Translations under genes and position numbers: made by a program | Part shown: piece after piece, positions 12,453 through 23,101 of the stretch | Layout of the letters: each line of letters opens with the position of its first letter | Position numbering within the stretch: position 1 is the first letter of the stretch | DNA from: Fistulifera solaris | Lineage: Eukaryota | Direction of reading: 5' to 3' | NCBI GenBank assembly: GCA_030295235.1 | Contig: AP026126.1 | Location: 1,178,001-1,242,000, forward strand | Length of the DNA stretch: 64,000 bases | Notes under the pieces: generated by a model | Told to the model about the DNA's origin: nothing | Databases searched by the model: none | Seen by the model: only the letters and a program-made list of their open reading frames with translations

Positions 12453-15400
12453 TTAATGCTCTGGTGCGATGAGAGGCATGCTTTCGCTTGGATAACTGGC
12501 AATGGATTGCGTCTCAGGGTCAACAAGTCGAAATGCGCCCGAGTATGGTGCACGTCTCTTTGCTATGGTGGCCCTTTCAAGCTCGTGATCATGGCGCAAG
12601 TAACGTCCATTGAACGTAGCGAAGAATACAGTCGCTCCCGCGTGGAGGACTATCAGTAGATAAAAAGAAAATGTGTATTCCGGCTTTTCTGAAACTCGAG
12701 TCTCAGTCTTCCCAAGACCCATGTCTTTCATAGCTTTGAAGCAAGGAATGAACATAGCACTCAACAGGTTCGAAAAGAGCTGTTGTATCACAAGAACCGT
12801 GTTTTCACTCAACGGATAAACGACCTCAACTCCCAACTCGGTTGAAATTGGTTGCAACGGACCCACTAGTAAAGCAACTATGACAAGGGCAAATCTCAAA
12901 TCCGTCCCTTTGGCTTCGTCTAAGCTTACCCCACATTCGGCTAAGCCGAATGCCCCCATCACCAACATGAAAATAGTGATGGAGTAATATGTACGCGTAG
13001 TGTCACAAATCTTTCCTACAATGAGACTGGATACCATGATGGCAAACTGAAAAGTTCCCCCAACTATACCCGTATAGGCTCGCCCTGCACCATTGAGTCT
13101 CACGAGATAATCCATAAACGTTGACAATGTGTTGATCACTACCCCTGAAACTGTAAAGGCAACTAGAGAGTGAACGAAACCTCTCCGAGCCATGCAAGCC
13201 TTTATTGATAGTAGAACTTGATCATCTCGAATGTTAATATCGAGGTGATGTGGGGTAAGTATGAGCACCGGTTCCGCTCCCTCATCAAGTGCATCACTTG
13301 GTAACGCGTACTGATTGCCTCCTGTGTAATAAGAATTCAGCGGGTAGTTATAGCTCTGATATGGAAAGCTTGATCCATAAAGCGGTTGCGGGGTCTGATA
13401 GTATGCAAGGTTGTCGAAACTCTGCTCCGCATAAGGCAACTGGTGAGGCTTGCCCGGATAAAGAGGATAGAAGTATGAAACCTCGTCACCTTGCAAATTG
13501 TGATGGAGAAAGCTAGGCCACGCGCCAGCTTGGACCAATATTTCGTCAGGATCACTGACAGGAAAAGGTATGCTTCGGCCTGGCGGTTGCATGTAAGGAT
13601 AATGGCTTGCATGCATCAAGTATGGGTGCATCACCTGCGGATTATTTGTGGTTTGGTGCTGTGTGTCGTCATCGTCACTTTCATTGCCGTTGTTGGGGGA
13701 CGAAACAGGCCAAACATTGGACGGAGAAGGAGCAGGATGAACGGCTTCGTCGTGGTAGGCGGGAGAGCCGCCTTCATGGGACACCGATTCTTTCTCATCG
13801 CTCAACATTTCTGAAGCATTGCAACTCTGTCGTTGGGAGCCATCTAAGGAGTCAGAAACAACTGACTTTCCCTGCAGAGAATGGTTCAAGTCTTTTTCCT
13901 GTTTCTTCCTACTACGAAAATTGAAAGACTTTGAGAAACGTTCCGGGCGGTCTGCACCAATGTTTCTAATGGAGTCAAACATGGATTGGACGCTCGGTAA
14001 CTTCACTTCAAGCGTTCCCTTCATAACACGAGCAGAGTCCGAGGGCGGGGTCGGAGGAGCGTCCTCAAATTGTATCAAAACACCCAAGAAGGTGACCGTT
14101 GATATAATGCTAAGGAGTCCAAAGTAAGGAGGAATATCATCACTGTCGACAACGAGAAGGGTACCGAATATGAAAGCGAAGCCAATCCCAACCTGGTTGG
14201 CGTTCAACGCAATTCCTGTAGCCAGAGTGCGCTCCACGTCTGGAAACCAAGAAGCTGACAATAAAGCAGGAGTACATTGGTACAAAGGCTGGGACAAGCC
14301 AACAAGAAGGAAGCCAACATAGACACGCCACTCGCCCTGGCCCTTCTGCAAGTCGGCTTCAATTATCGGTGGCATCCCACCGCTTTTCACTATACTTCCA
14401 ATCATCAACAGAAGAGACCCGAAGAGTACAGTGCGACGAAGACCCAGACGTGAAAGAATAATGGGCTCACATGCCGAGGCAACTGCATTTGCAATCAAAA
14501 AAACGGTAACTAAAAGCTCAGGGTTAATACTTCCAAATGCTTGTTCCGTCAGTAATGCAATAGGTGCGACGGAGTAGCATGTCCAATCAGACTATCATGA
14601 TGCCATTGAGTGAGCTCACGAACTTCATAAAAAGAGATTTGAATTCTAAAACCCGTACTTACCAGTAAATTCAGCACCGACATGTACATCAGCATAAGCC
14701 AGCGCTTCCAATAAACTTTAAACTCACTGTTGTGTCCCGCGTCACGCTCAGAGGGCTCCTCGTTGTATACTTGCTGGACAGCTGAGGAATCAAATTTATT
14801 TACATTGCGTGGTTCGGCCGCTCTAATCCCAGGATTGCGACCCTCTTTGCGCTGTGAAAACTGTTCTGTTCCAACATCTACTGACTGGATACCTAATCCA
14901 CGAACACAAGCGCCTGCAAATCTTTGGATATGCGAGTCATCAAATTCTCCCTCGAAATGATCAGCGCTATATTCAGATGGATCTGTGTTGGAGTGCATAC
15001 TTCCCGACGTCGGAGTGTTCCGTTTGGCGTATTCAAACAAGTTCGTGTTTTGTTGATATGCAGCCTCCAGCCAGTTAGCCAACTCGTCTTGTGACAAGTT
15101 TTGTGCCTGAGGGTGTAAATACGCTCGATTCTGTTGATATTCACTAGAAATGGTTGGAGGAGACGGATCCAACCCTGCAGACGAAGGGCTCGACAAGGCC
15201 ACGTTTCCCCGGCTTGGTGGATGCTCACCCATGATGGGAGATTTTCGTCCACTCGGCACAGACGTAGGAAACCGGTTGGTCTGGTTTGCGTTGTTCAATT
15301 CATCTCGAATGCTCGGATCGCTACTTTGATCGTCATCACTGCCTCTAGGGCTCCCGAGAAAGCATTTCGACCCCGGTGTATTTCTGTGAGATTGCTCGGT

Positions 15401-15994
15401 TAGCTCTGGACGAACCAAGTCTCGACCTTTCTGTGTAGCTTGTGGGTAGTGATGATGACTCTGGTGGTGATGAAGTTCATCACTGTCTTCCGAGAATGAG
15501 AGGCTCAAATCGAGTTCACGGTTTGCACTATTTGCAGGATCTTGAGACTGAATCATGTCCGCCGCAGAACTGCTACCAGAAAATGAGTATCTTTTGTCGC
15601 TTTGTGGATGAGGAAGGTTTCGGGGATCTCGAAAATAGCTCGATTCGTCATCCGACGACTCTTCAGAGTGTGAATCTTTATCTGCGTAGATACTTCCGGC
15701 AGCACCTAATTCAGGGTTTACGCTTGTCGTTTTCAGAGACGATATCCCACTAGCAATAACGTCATGTGCTCTATTTGTCGAGTCTGGTATGTTTGATAGT
15801 AAATCGCGACCGCTGGGACTGCCTGAGTTGGCTCTATGTTGTGAACTTGGACGGTTCAGCTCGTTTTCTTCACGTGATGAAGGAATTGCCATGTCTCCCA
15901 CTATTGACGCTGTGGATTGTAAAGCGGTAGAGTTGCAGAGTACATCGCCTTTCTCATCGGTTGGCGGTCGCGGTACATCCGAAAACAACGGCAT
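12453..15994 (-). CDS. MFS transporter (FLVCR/SLC49-like) with long disordered N-terminus and central loop; intron 14592-14662
   Basis: VYWKRWLML start of TM1. GLSQPLYQCTPALLSASWFPDVERTLATG motif. Two multi-TM halves. Confidence 0.8.
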
Positions 15995-16600
15995 ACCCGA
16001 GTTCTCAGACCAAGAATATTGTAGGTATCCAGTCGAAACAGCGAGAAATCAATGAGCCGCGAAGCACGTGCAGAAAGCGCCGAAAATTTTCGAAAAACTC
16101 CGCCACCAAGAATACTGTCAGTGAGAAAACAAGTAAAGTAAAGACGAGAATAGTCTAGTAATAAAAAATGATGAAAGATGATCAGATGATTATGAAGCGA
16201 AGACCTTTTTCGGCTGTGATGTGCGATATTCGTTTTTAGTCCATTTTTTGGACGGGTTTTCGGTCGATGGAAAATGAGCGCCGTGCGCCATGCGTTAAAT
16301 CTAGAGTTACTTAGACAATCTGCAGTATTTACGTTTCCGTTGATACTTCAACTACATAAATAAAACTTTTCAGAATGTTGTCGTGCCGTCGGGTTACTCA
16401 GCTCGTGATTTACTTGTAAAAGTGAAACGGGACTCATCCGGCAACTGCTCACTCATGTTTGCGATGTCGCGAAGTTTTGTTCGAAGTCTCAATTTCAGTT
16501 GCTGCATACCTTTTCGCGCTTATCACTGCACAAGGTGATAGACGGCGCAATTGACACATACATAACGGGAGTGCGTCGCTGGAAAGCAATAGTTTCGGAA

Positions 16601-18010
16601 ATGCCTCGCATCGAGAACCCAGAAGCGTTTAGAAGCGCAAGAAGAGAGGATGTAGCGAAGAAAGCCGAGGCGGTGGTTGCATCCGAGATTGCCAGATCGT
16701 CATCGTTAGATCCCAATGGTCTAGCGATGATCCCGTCGTTTTCGACTTCAGAGTTGACATTTGGGCGTGTTGTAGGCCGTGGGGGATTCTGTGTCGTTCA
16801 CGAGCTCGTCGCGATCAAGCTGAAAGAAAAGGCAAACAACAAGAAAAGCAACTTTCGTCTACGAGGATTTGCGAGCCATAATGCAATGGAAGGGTCGAAA
16901 TCACTAGACACAACAACACGCGAACATCTAGCGAGGCGGGTTTGGTCCAAGTCTGGAAAATACGTCACCAAACGCATGGAACCGTCACTTTGGGAAACCG
17001 ATAGAGTTAGCTCCTTGAAAGGGGTCATCGACCTTGCTTTAGAAATGCACTTTCTAGCAAGCTTAAATCATGTTCACATCATCGATTTAAAGGGAATATG
17101 CGAGGCTAGCCCATTCAGTGAAGTCGGCTTCTTTCTGGTCCTTGATCATCTGAAGGAGACGTTGTCAAAAAGGCTGACGCAGTGGATGCACGTCAAACGA
17201 ACAACAAAAGGAATAACAGGCCTCATAACAGGAAGCAAAACAAAAACAAAAAAGCTTCTTATCGATCAGCTTCTTGTAGCTCACGATATTGCAAATGGAA
17301 TGCAGTATTTGCACAGCAAGAAAATCATTTTCCGGGACTTGGTAAGTAATTGGAGATGTCTCAAATGTATTTGCTTTCTGTTCGTTTCTAAACAGCCTCG
17401 TCTCGAAGAAACCTGATAATGTCGGCTTCCATCAAGATGATGATACTGTGAAAATATTTGATTTTGGTCTCGCTAAAGAGCTACAGGATTCAGAGCGAGA
17501 TGAAAACGGCCTCTATCGGATGACAGGCGTCACAGGTACGATCCTATTTGTGAAGTTGCATTGAATTCTTTTAAAGTAGGAGCCTACTGACACTGTCCTA
17601 TCAACTTTTTTGATTGACAAGGTGCACTAAGATATATGGCACCTGAAGTTGGCCTTCGACAGCCATATAATCTATCAGCTGACGTATACAGCTGGTCCAT
17701 GATAATGTGGTATATAATGGCGCTAGAGCCTCCTTTCGGTGCCTATTTACCGAATATGTTCTTTGAACGGGTATTTCAGAAAGGGTATCGCCCTGCGATG
17801 AAAGACAAATGGTCTGATCCATTGAAGACTTTGATGAAGGAAAGTTGGTCTAGTGATGTAAGCGAACGACCAAGTTTCGAGGCAATTCAGAAGACACTAA
17901 GAGATGTTGCAAAATCACTAGACCCCGGTATTGCCAATTTCCTTGCTGCTGATACGGCCTCTTCCAACGGCAAAAATTCACTCAAGCTCAACAACTCTTC
18001 TCACCATTGA
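16601..18010 (+). CDS. Protein kinase (TKL-like); introns 17342-17408 and 17536-17621
   Basis: GRGGFCVV, YLHSKKIIFRDL|KPDN, DFG, TG|ALRYMAPE, DVYSWS and ERPSF. Confidence 0.92.
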
Positions 18011-18079
18011 TGGAACGCTACTTGACACTCTTAGCATAAGGCAGACGGCTACTTTGTAAAATAATTTCAATCTTAAACT

Positions 18080-19303
18080 CTAAGATGTTCTTATGGATAA
18101 AGCAGATACAAACTCAGAAGCTGCATCAATTCTTTTACCGACGGCACAACGATAAAAGTGAGCGATACTGGATGAATTCACGTCGGCAACAGATCCAACC
18201 TTACTATGAACTGCTTCATTATCAAGCCATCGGCAGTCTTCGAAATACACGTCCGCGCCATCATAATAAAAGACAAGGCTACTTGTCACCGCATTCTTGA
18301 AATAAATACCCCGAATCAGTACGTCTCGAGCGTAAGGGCCAAAACTTAGATGCGATCCACCAGTTTCAATGCTACATCCGCTGCATTCAATCCGAATATT
18401 CTCCGCATTGACGAAAATCGGCCCGTAACTTGCCTTGAGTACCGCGTTAGGACAGATGGTGATACGAATCTGATCTTCATAAAGAACAAACGGATTCTCT
18501 GTCACAACATCCCCGTCTACCTTAGCGAAATGCACCGAGTTCCGTACGAATCGTTCGGCCGAAAAAGCGTTAGCTTCTTGAATAACTGCTTTCAGATCGT
18601 TCCACGTTTTATATCCAACCGTTTTTCCGTCGGAACATACACGAGGATGAACACGTGTCCATTGATAGAAGTTCATGGGAGGAGGATTTTTCACGAATCG
18701 TTCGCGACGGGCGTCCCACATTTTCCTATGATCTTCCGAAGTAGCATTCAAATGTAGAGCTTCGTCCACAACCATCAAGACAGCTTGTTTTCCCGTTTCC
18801 GGAGACGTTTCAATAAAATATCGCTCCATGTCGGAGTCATCGATGCTAGCGATCTGCGTGTCACTGAGAGTGCTTCCGAGCGGTTTGCCCGTTGACGTTG
18901 AACTCATGAGAATTAACGCTGGTGGAGGTAAGGCACCACTTTGTCTCCTCAATACCATCGACGCTACTGTCTCCTCTCGTAGAGTATAATGAATCGTCAG
19001 CGATGTAATTGTAACGACTCCCAAAAAGCCGGAAAAGATTATGGCGGACAACATAACCGCCAGTAGCAAGGAGAACTCATACAAGCTGAAGTGAAGTAGC
19101 GTCCCACCAAAAACGGAATATTCTTCCACCAAAGAAGCCATTAAGGGATCATCCTCAGAGCTGGAAATAGAAGAATGTTGCGGGATCGAATGAGATAAAG
19201 CGGAAATATTGCCGGCATTACTGGGTCTTCGAATGTGCAGTGCGTTGCCCTTGTTCTTTTGCCTCCGCCCATATTCCGCAATTTCCCTCTTTACGGACAA
19301 CAA
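18080..19303 (-). CDS. Hypothetical single-TM protein with a C-terminal beta-rich (possibly pectin-lyase-like) domain; start uncertain
   Basis: 407-aa ORF with hydrophobic segment FSLLLAVMLSAIIFSGFLGVV. C-terminal strands such as VLIRGIYF, VYFEDCRW and AHFYRC. Confidence 0.6.
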   Translation of the reverse strand: MLSVKREIAEYGRRQKNKGNALHIRRPSNAGNISALSHSIPQHSSISSSEDDPLMASLVEEYSVFGGTLLHFSLYEFSLLLAVMLSAIIFSGFLGVVTITSLTIHYTLREETVASMVLRRQSGALPPPALILMSSTSTGKPLGSTLSDTQIASIDDSDMERYFIETSPETGKQAVLMVVDEALHLNATSEDHRKMWDARRERFVKNPPPMNFYQWTRVHPRVCSDGKTVGYKTWNDLKAVIQEANAFSAERFVRNSVHFAKVDGDVVTENPFVLYEDQIRITICPNAVLKASYGPIFVNAENIRIECSGCSIETGGSHLSFGPYARDVLIRGIYFKNAVTSSLVFYYDGADVYFEDCRWLDNEAVHSKVGSVADVNSSSIAHFYRCAVGKRIDAASEFVSALSIRTS

Positions 19304-19542
19304 TTATGCGTGCGATCCTGCTGACTACTGCGGTGACGGTCAGCTTCAAACGAGATGCAATTTACTATAAAGAGGAAGTGAGAAAGGTACAAGGAGAGAG
19401 TGGCCATCTCTATCTTCAATAACTGCGTTTTTATTTCGTCGGCCGCGATTTGTTTTCAAAACGTTTTTCCAAAATAATACTCTGGAGTAATAATGAAGTC
19501 TTTCGTCTCCGCGGCGAGTAACGTACGATGTACGGTACATTC

Positions 19543-19655
19543 GTATGGCAAACTAAAAACGACGTCCTTCAGGTTTTCACCACAATGAAAAATGTTACTC
19601 CGTACGTAGTAATAGAAACACCACTACGATTTTTTTGTAGTACCCTGGCGGTCTT
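19543..19655 (+). repeat. Direct repeat, copy 1 (left flank of minisatellite)
   Basis: GTATGGCAAACT...GGTTTTCACCACA.TGAA.AATGTTA...GAAACACCACTA...CTGGCGGTCTT, repeated at 20534-20637. Confidence 0.9.
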
Positions 19656-20533
19656 GCAAGACTTCGAACTATTGCTGGACTTCCGACTATTGCTGGACTT
19701 CCGACTAACTATTGCAAGACTTCCAACTATTGCAAGACTTCCGACTATTGCAAGACTTCCAACTATGGCTGGACTTCCGACTATTGCACACTTCCGACAA
19801 TTGCTGGACTTCCGACTATTGCTAGACTTCTGACTATTGCAAGACTTCCGAGTATTGCAAGACTTCCGACTATTGCACACTTCTGACTATTAAAAGACTT
19901 CCGACTATTGGTGGACTTCCGACTATTGCTGGACTTCCAACTATTGCAAGACTTCTGACTATTGCAAAACTTCCGACTATTGCTGGACTTCCAACTATTG
20001 CATACTTCCGATTATTGCACACTTCCAAATATTGCAAGACTTCTGACTATTGCACACTTCCGACTATTGCAAGACTTCCAACCTATTGCTGGACTTCCGG
20101 TTATTGTACACTTCCGCCCTATTGCTGGACTTCCGACTATTGCACACTATTGCTGGACTTCCGACTATTGCACACTTGGCGACTATTGCACACTTCCAAC
20201 TATTGCAAGACTTCTGACTATTGCAAGACTTCCGACTATTGCACACTATTGCTGGACTTCCGACTATTGCACACTTCCCGACTATTTCACACTTCCGACT
20301 CTTGCTGGACTTCCGACTATTGCACACTTCCGACTATTGCTGGACTTCCCACTATTGGAAGACTTCCGACTATTGCACACTTCTGACTATTGCAAGACTT
20401 CCGACTATTGCACACTTCCAACTATTGCAAGACTTCCGACTATTGCAAAACTTCCAACTATTGCTGGACTTCCGACTATTGCACACTTCCCGATTATTGC
20501 ACACTTCTGAATATTGCAAGACTTCTGACTAAT
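19656..20533. repeat. Minisatellite, ~50 units of 17-18 bp: (GCAAG|GCTGG|GCAC)ACTTCCGACTATT
   Basis: Units read directly from the sequence. The overlapping ORFs are just repeat translations. Confidence 0.97.
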
Positions 20534-20637
20534 GTATGGCAAACTGAAGCGACGTCTTTCCGGTTTTCACCACACTGAACAATGTTAATTGAAACACCAC
20601 TATATTTTTTAGTAGTACCTAGTACGCTGGCGGTCTT
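20534..20637 (+). repeat. Direct repeat, copy 2 (right flank of minisatellite)
   Basis: Aligns to 19543-19655 with substitutions and two TA-bounded indels. Confidence 0.9.
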
Positions 20638-20793
20638 CTGTCGGTTGGCTCGTTTTCACCTTGCGGTTGCTGCGCATCGCGACGGAGCTGTGATGACAAT
20701 GAATAACTCAGCGGAATCTGTTAGCATCTTTTAATATTACCTAAACAAACGCGCTGACCTCTACCAATCAGAAGAGATTCTTTAATATAGAAA

Positions 20794-22596
20794 ATGGTAA
20801 GTAAAACGAAGAAGCCGCGAAGATTATGACTGCGTATTCACACTGGACCAGAGGAATGACCGATCTCTACCGATCTCTATCGCTCTGCATATTTTATCGT
20901 GCGGATGAAAAGCATTCGGCGTTCATCTTGTGAATTTTGACTGATGATTACATTTGTGTCAATAGGTCGTACTTTCTGCTTCAGTATGCTCCCAACAGGG
21001 AAAGGCTCTCGTTTCACGCCAGTTCGTTGAGATGAGTCGTCTCCGCGTAGAGGGTCTGTTTGCTGCCTTCCCCAAACTGGTCGGTCATGCCAAACAACAC
21101 ACATTTGTTGAAACTGACTCCGTTCGATACGTCTATCAACCGCTCGAGAATAATCTCTACCTATTATTGATTACCACGAAAACATCCAACATTGTGGAAG
21201 ATCTAGGAACACTCCGACTATTGGCCAAAGTTGTGCCAGATATTGCGGGCGGCTTTCAAGAGCACGCCATTCAAGATCATGCGTTTGATCTGATTTTCGC
21301 CTTTGATGAAGTTCTTACGGCCGGAGGGTACAAAGAGGAGGCAACGCTCAACTCCATCCGAACGAACTTGGTCATGGACTCGCATGAAGAACGCATTGCC
21401 GACAGTATGCGTGAGGCACAAGAAGCCGAAGCGAGAAAGCGAATGATGGATCAAGCCAAAAAAATTCAAGAACAAAAGTTGCACCAGACAAAGCAAAATT
21501 TCTTACATGGAGGGACCGGGGAGGTTTCCAGTCAGGTGGTATGGAAGGCTTTGGCGGCGGCGGATACGGATCCAGTGATCCCTTTTCCCAACAACCGCAA
21601 CAACCGGTTATGCATCAGCACAATGACCCGTATGCTCATCTCTATCAACAGCAGCCTGCTGTGGCAGAAGCGCCAAAGGTGATTGCCAAGTCTGGTTTGA
21701 AGCTTGGTGGAGGTGCAAAAGTGGGAGGCGGAAAAAGCAACAATCTCATGGCAGCGATGGCCAAGGAAGACAATCTGTTTGGTGGAGCTGGTGGTGGCTT
21801 GGGCGGCTTGAGTGCTGCAGCATCATCCTTTGATATCTCTGTCCCGGCACCGAAGCAAGTGGCTGCCCCGTCCACTCCTCTCTCGGTATCCATCGAAGAA
21901 AAGGTGACCGTGACTATGAACCGCGAAGGTGCTGTCGATTCCGCGGAAGTCAAAGGTACTCTTACAGTCACTGCGAACACCGATGCTGGAACAATGGCAC
22001 TTGTTACGGTCAATAAAGCGCAGTTACCGGCGGAATTCAACTTTGCTACGCATCCCAAAATCGATAAGAAAGTGTACGAAACGCAAAATGGTGCGTTATC
22101 GCTCAAGGGTGGAAAAGGTTTTCCCGTCAATCGTCCTGTTGGTATTTTGCGCTGGTCGTACCAGGGAGACGATGTGGCCCCTTTAACTATCAACTGCTGG
22201 CCCGAGGATGAAGGAACTGGCTCTATTGTCGTAAACATCGAGATGGAATTGACACGACCGGATCTAGTTTTACAGGACGTCAATATTCTATTGCCTTTGG
22301 GAACTACAGACCCACCAAGAATTGAGAATATTGATGGGCAGTACAAGCATGACGCTCGAGCTGGTATGATGTGCTGGCACTTTGACCAAATTGATAGCAG
22401 CAACGGAACGGGCAGTCTCGAATTCAGCATTCCAGGCCACGATGTCGAGGCATTCTTCCCCGTGCAAGTCGGGTTCCGCTCGGAAACATTAATGTGTCCC
22501 CTCCAGATTATGAGCATCACCAATATGTCCAATGGAACGCCTATTCCGCATCAGCTGACAAAGAGTCTCTCGCCTGATACTTATCAATGCGCATGA
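20794..22596 (+). CDS. ARCN1: Coatomer subunit delta; first coding exon is ATG only (intron 20797-20965); one apparent frameshift near 21520
   Basis: M|VVLSASVCS..GKALVSRQFVEMSRLRVEGL, QHTFVETDSVRYVYQPLE, LIFAFDE. Mu-homology domain with THPKIDKK, GILRW and PLTINCWP. Confidence 0.95.
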
Positions 22597-23101
22597 GTTT
22601 GATAAATTAATTTAAGACGGAGTACCGAATTCAGTTATTTCTTGTCCATGCAATTTGAAGTCCTATCGTAATCGTAGAGGCCGGTGATCCAATTCGACCT
22701 CATGAATTCTCGAGCCCGACAGCGATATATTTTATCTTATTATTCCTTAACGGCTCTATGTAGAGACCATAAGCAAGAAGCGACGTTTATTGGAACACAC
22801 CGAACACGAAACATGAACTACACGACAGATGGAATGATGCGAATGCGTAGGCCATAGGCGCACGTAGGCCCTGTAAGGTTAGTGATATATTTCGATTTGA
22901 ATTTCGAAAGTACTATAAGCCATCAAGTTGGCTCCCTTTCTGTTGCAAATAAATTTTTAGAGTGCAATCAACGCGAGCCCATCTCCCGCCAAAAGCATTG
23001 CGTGCATTCTATTGCGAACGCACAAAAACAAAACTGCGCCTCTCTTTCATTTCGGAGGGAAAGACTGTCTCTTTGCACTCATCCTTGAATACAAAACTAA
23101 A

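Noticed and set aside
19656..20533. CRISPR array or repeat-protein gene
   Set aside because: No unique spacers and no cas genes, in a eukaryotic context. The mix of 17- and 18-bp units breaks any reading frame.
21645..22532. 295-aa antisense ORF over delta-COP
   Set aside because: Shadow ORF of a codon-biased gene.
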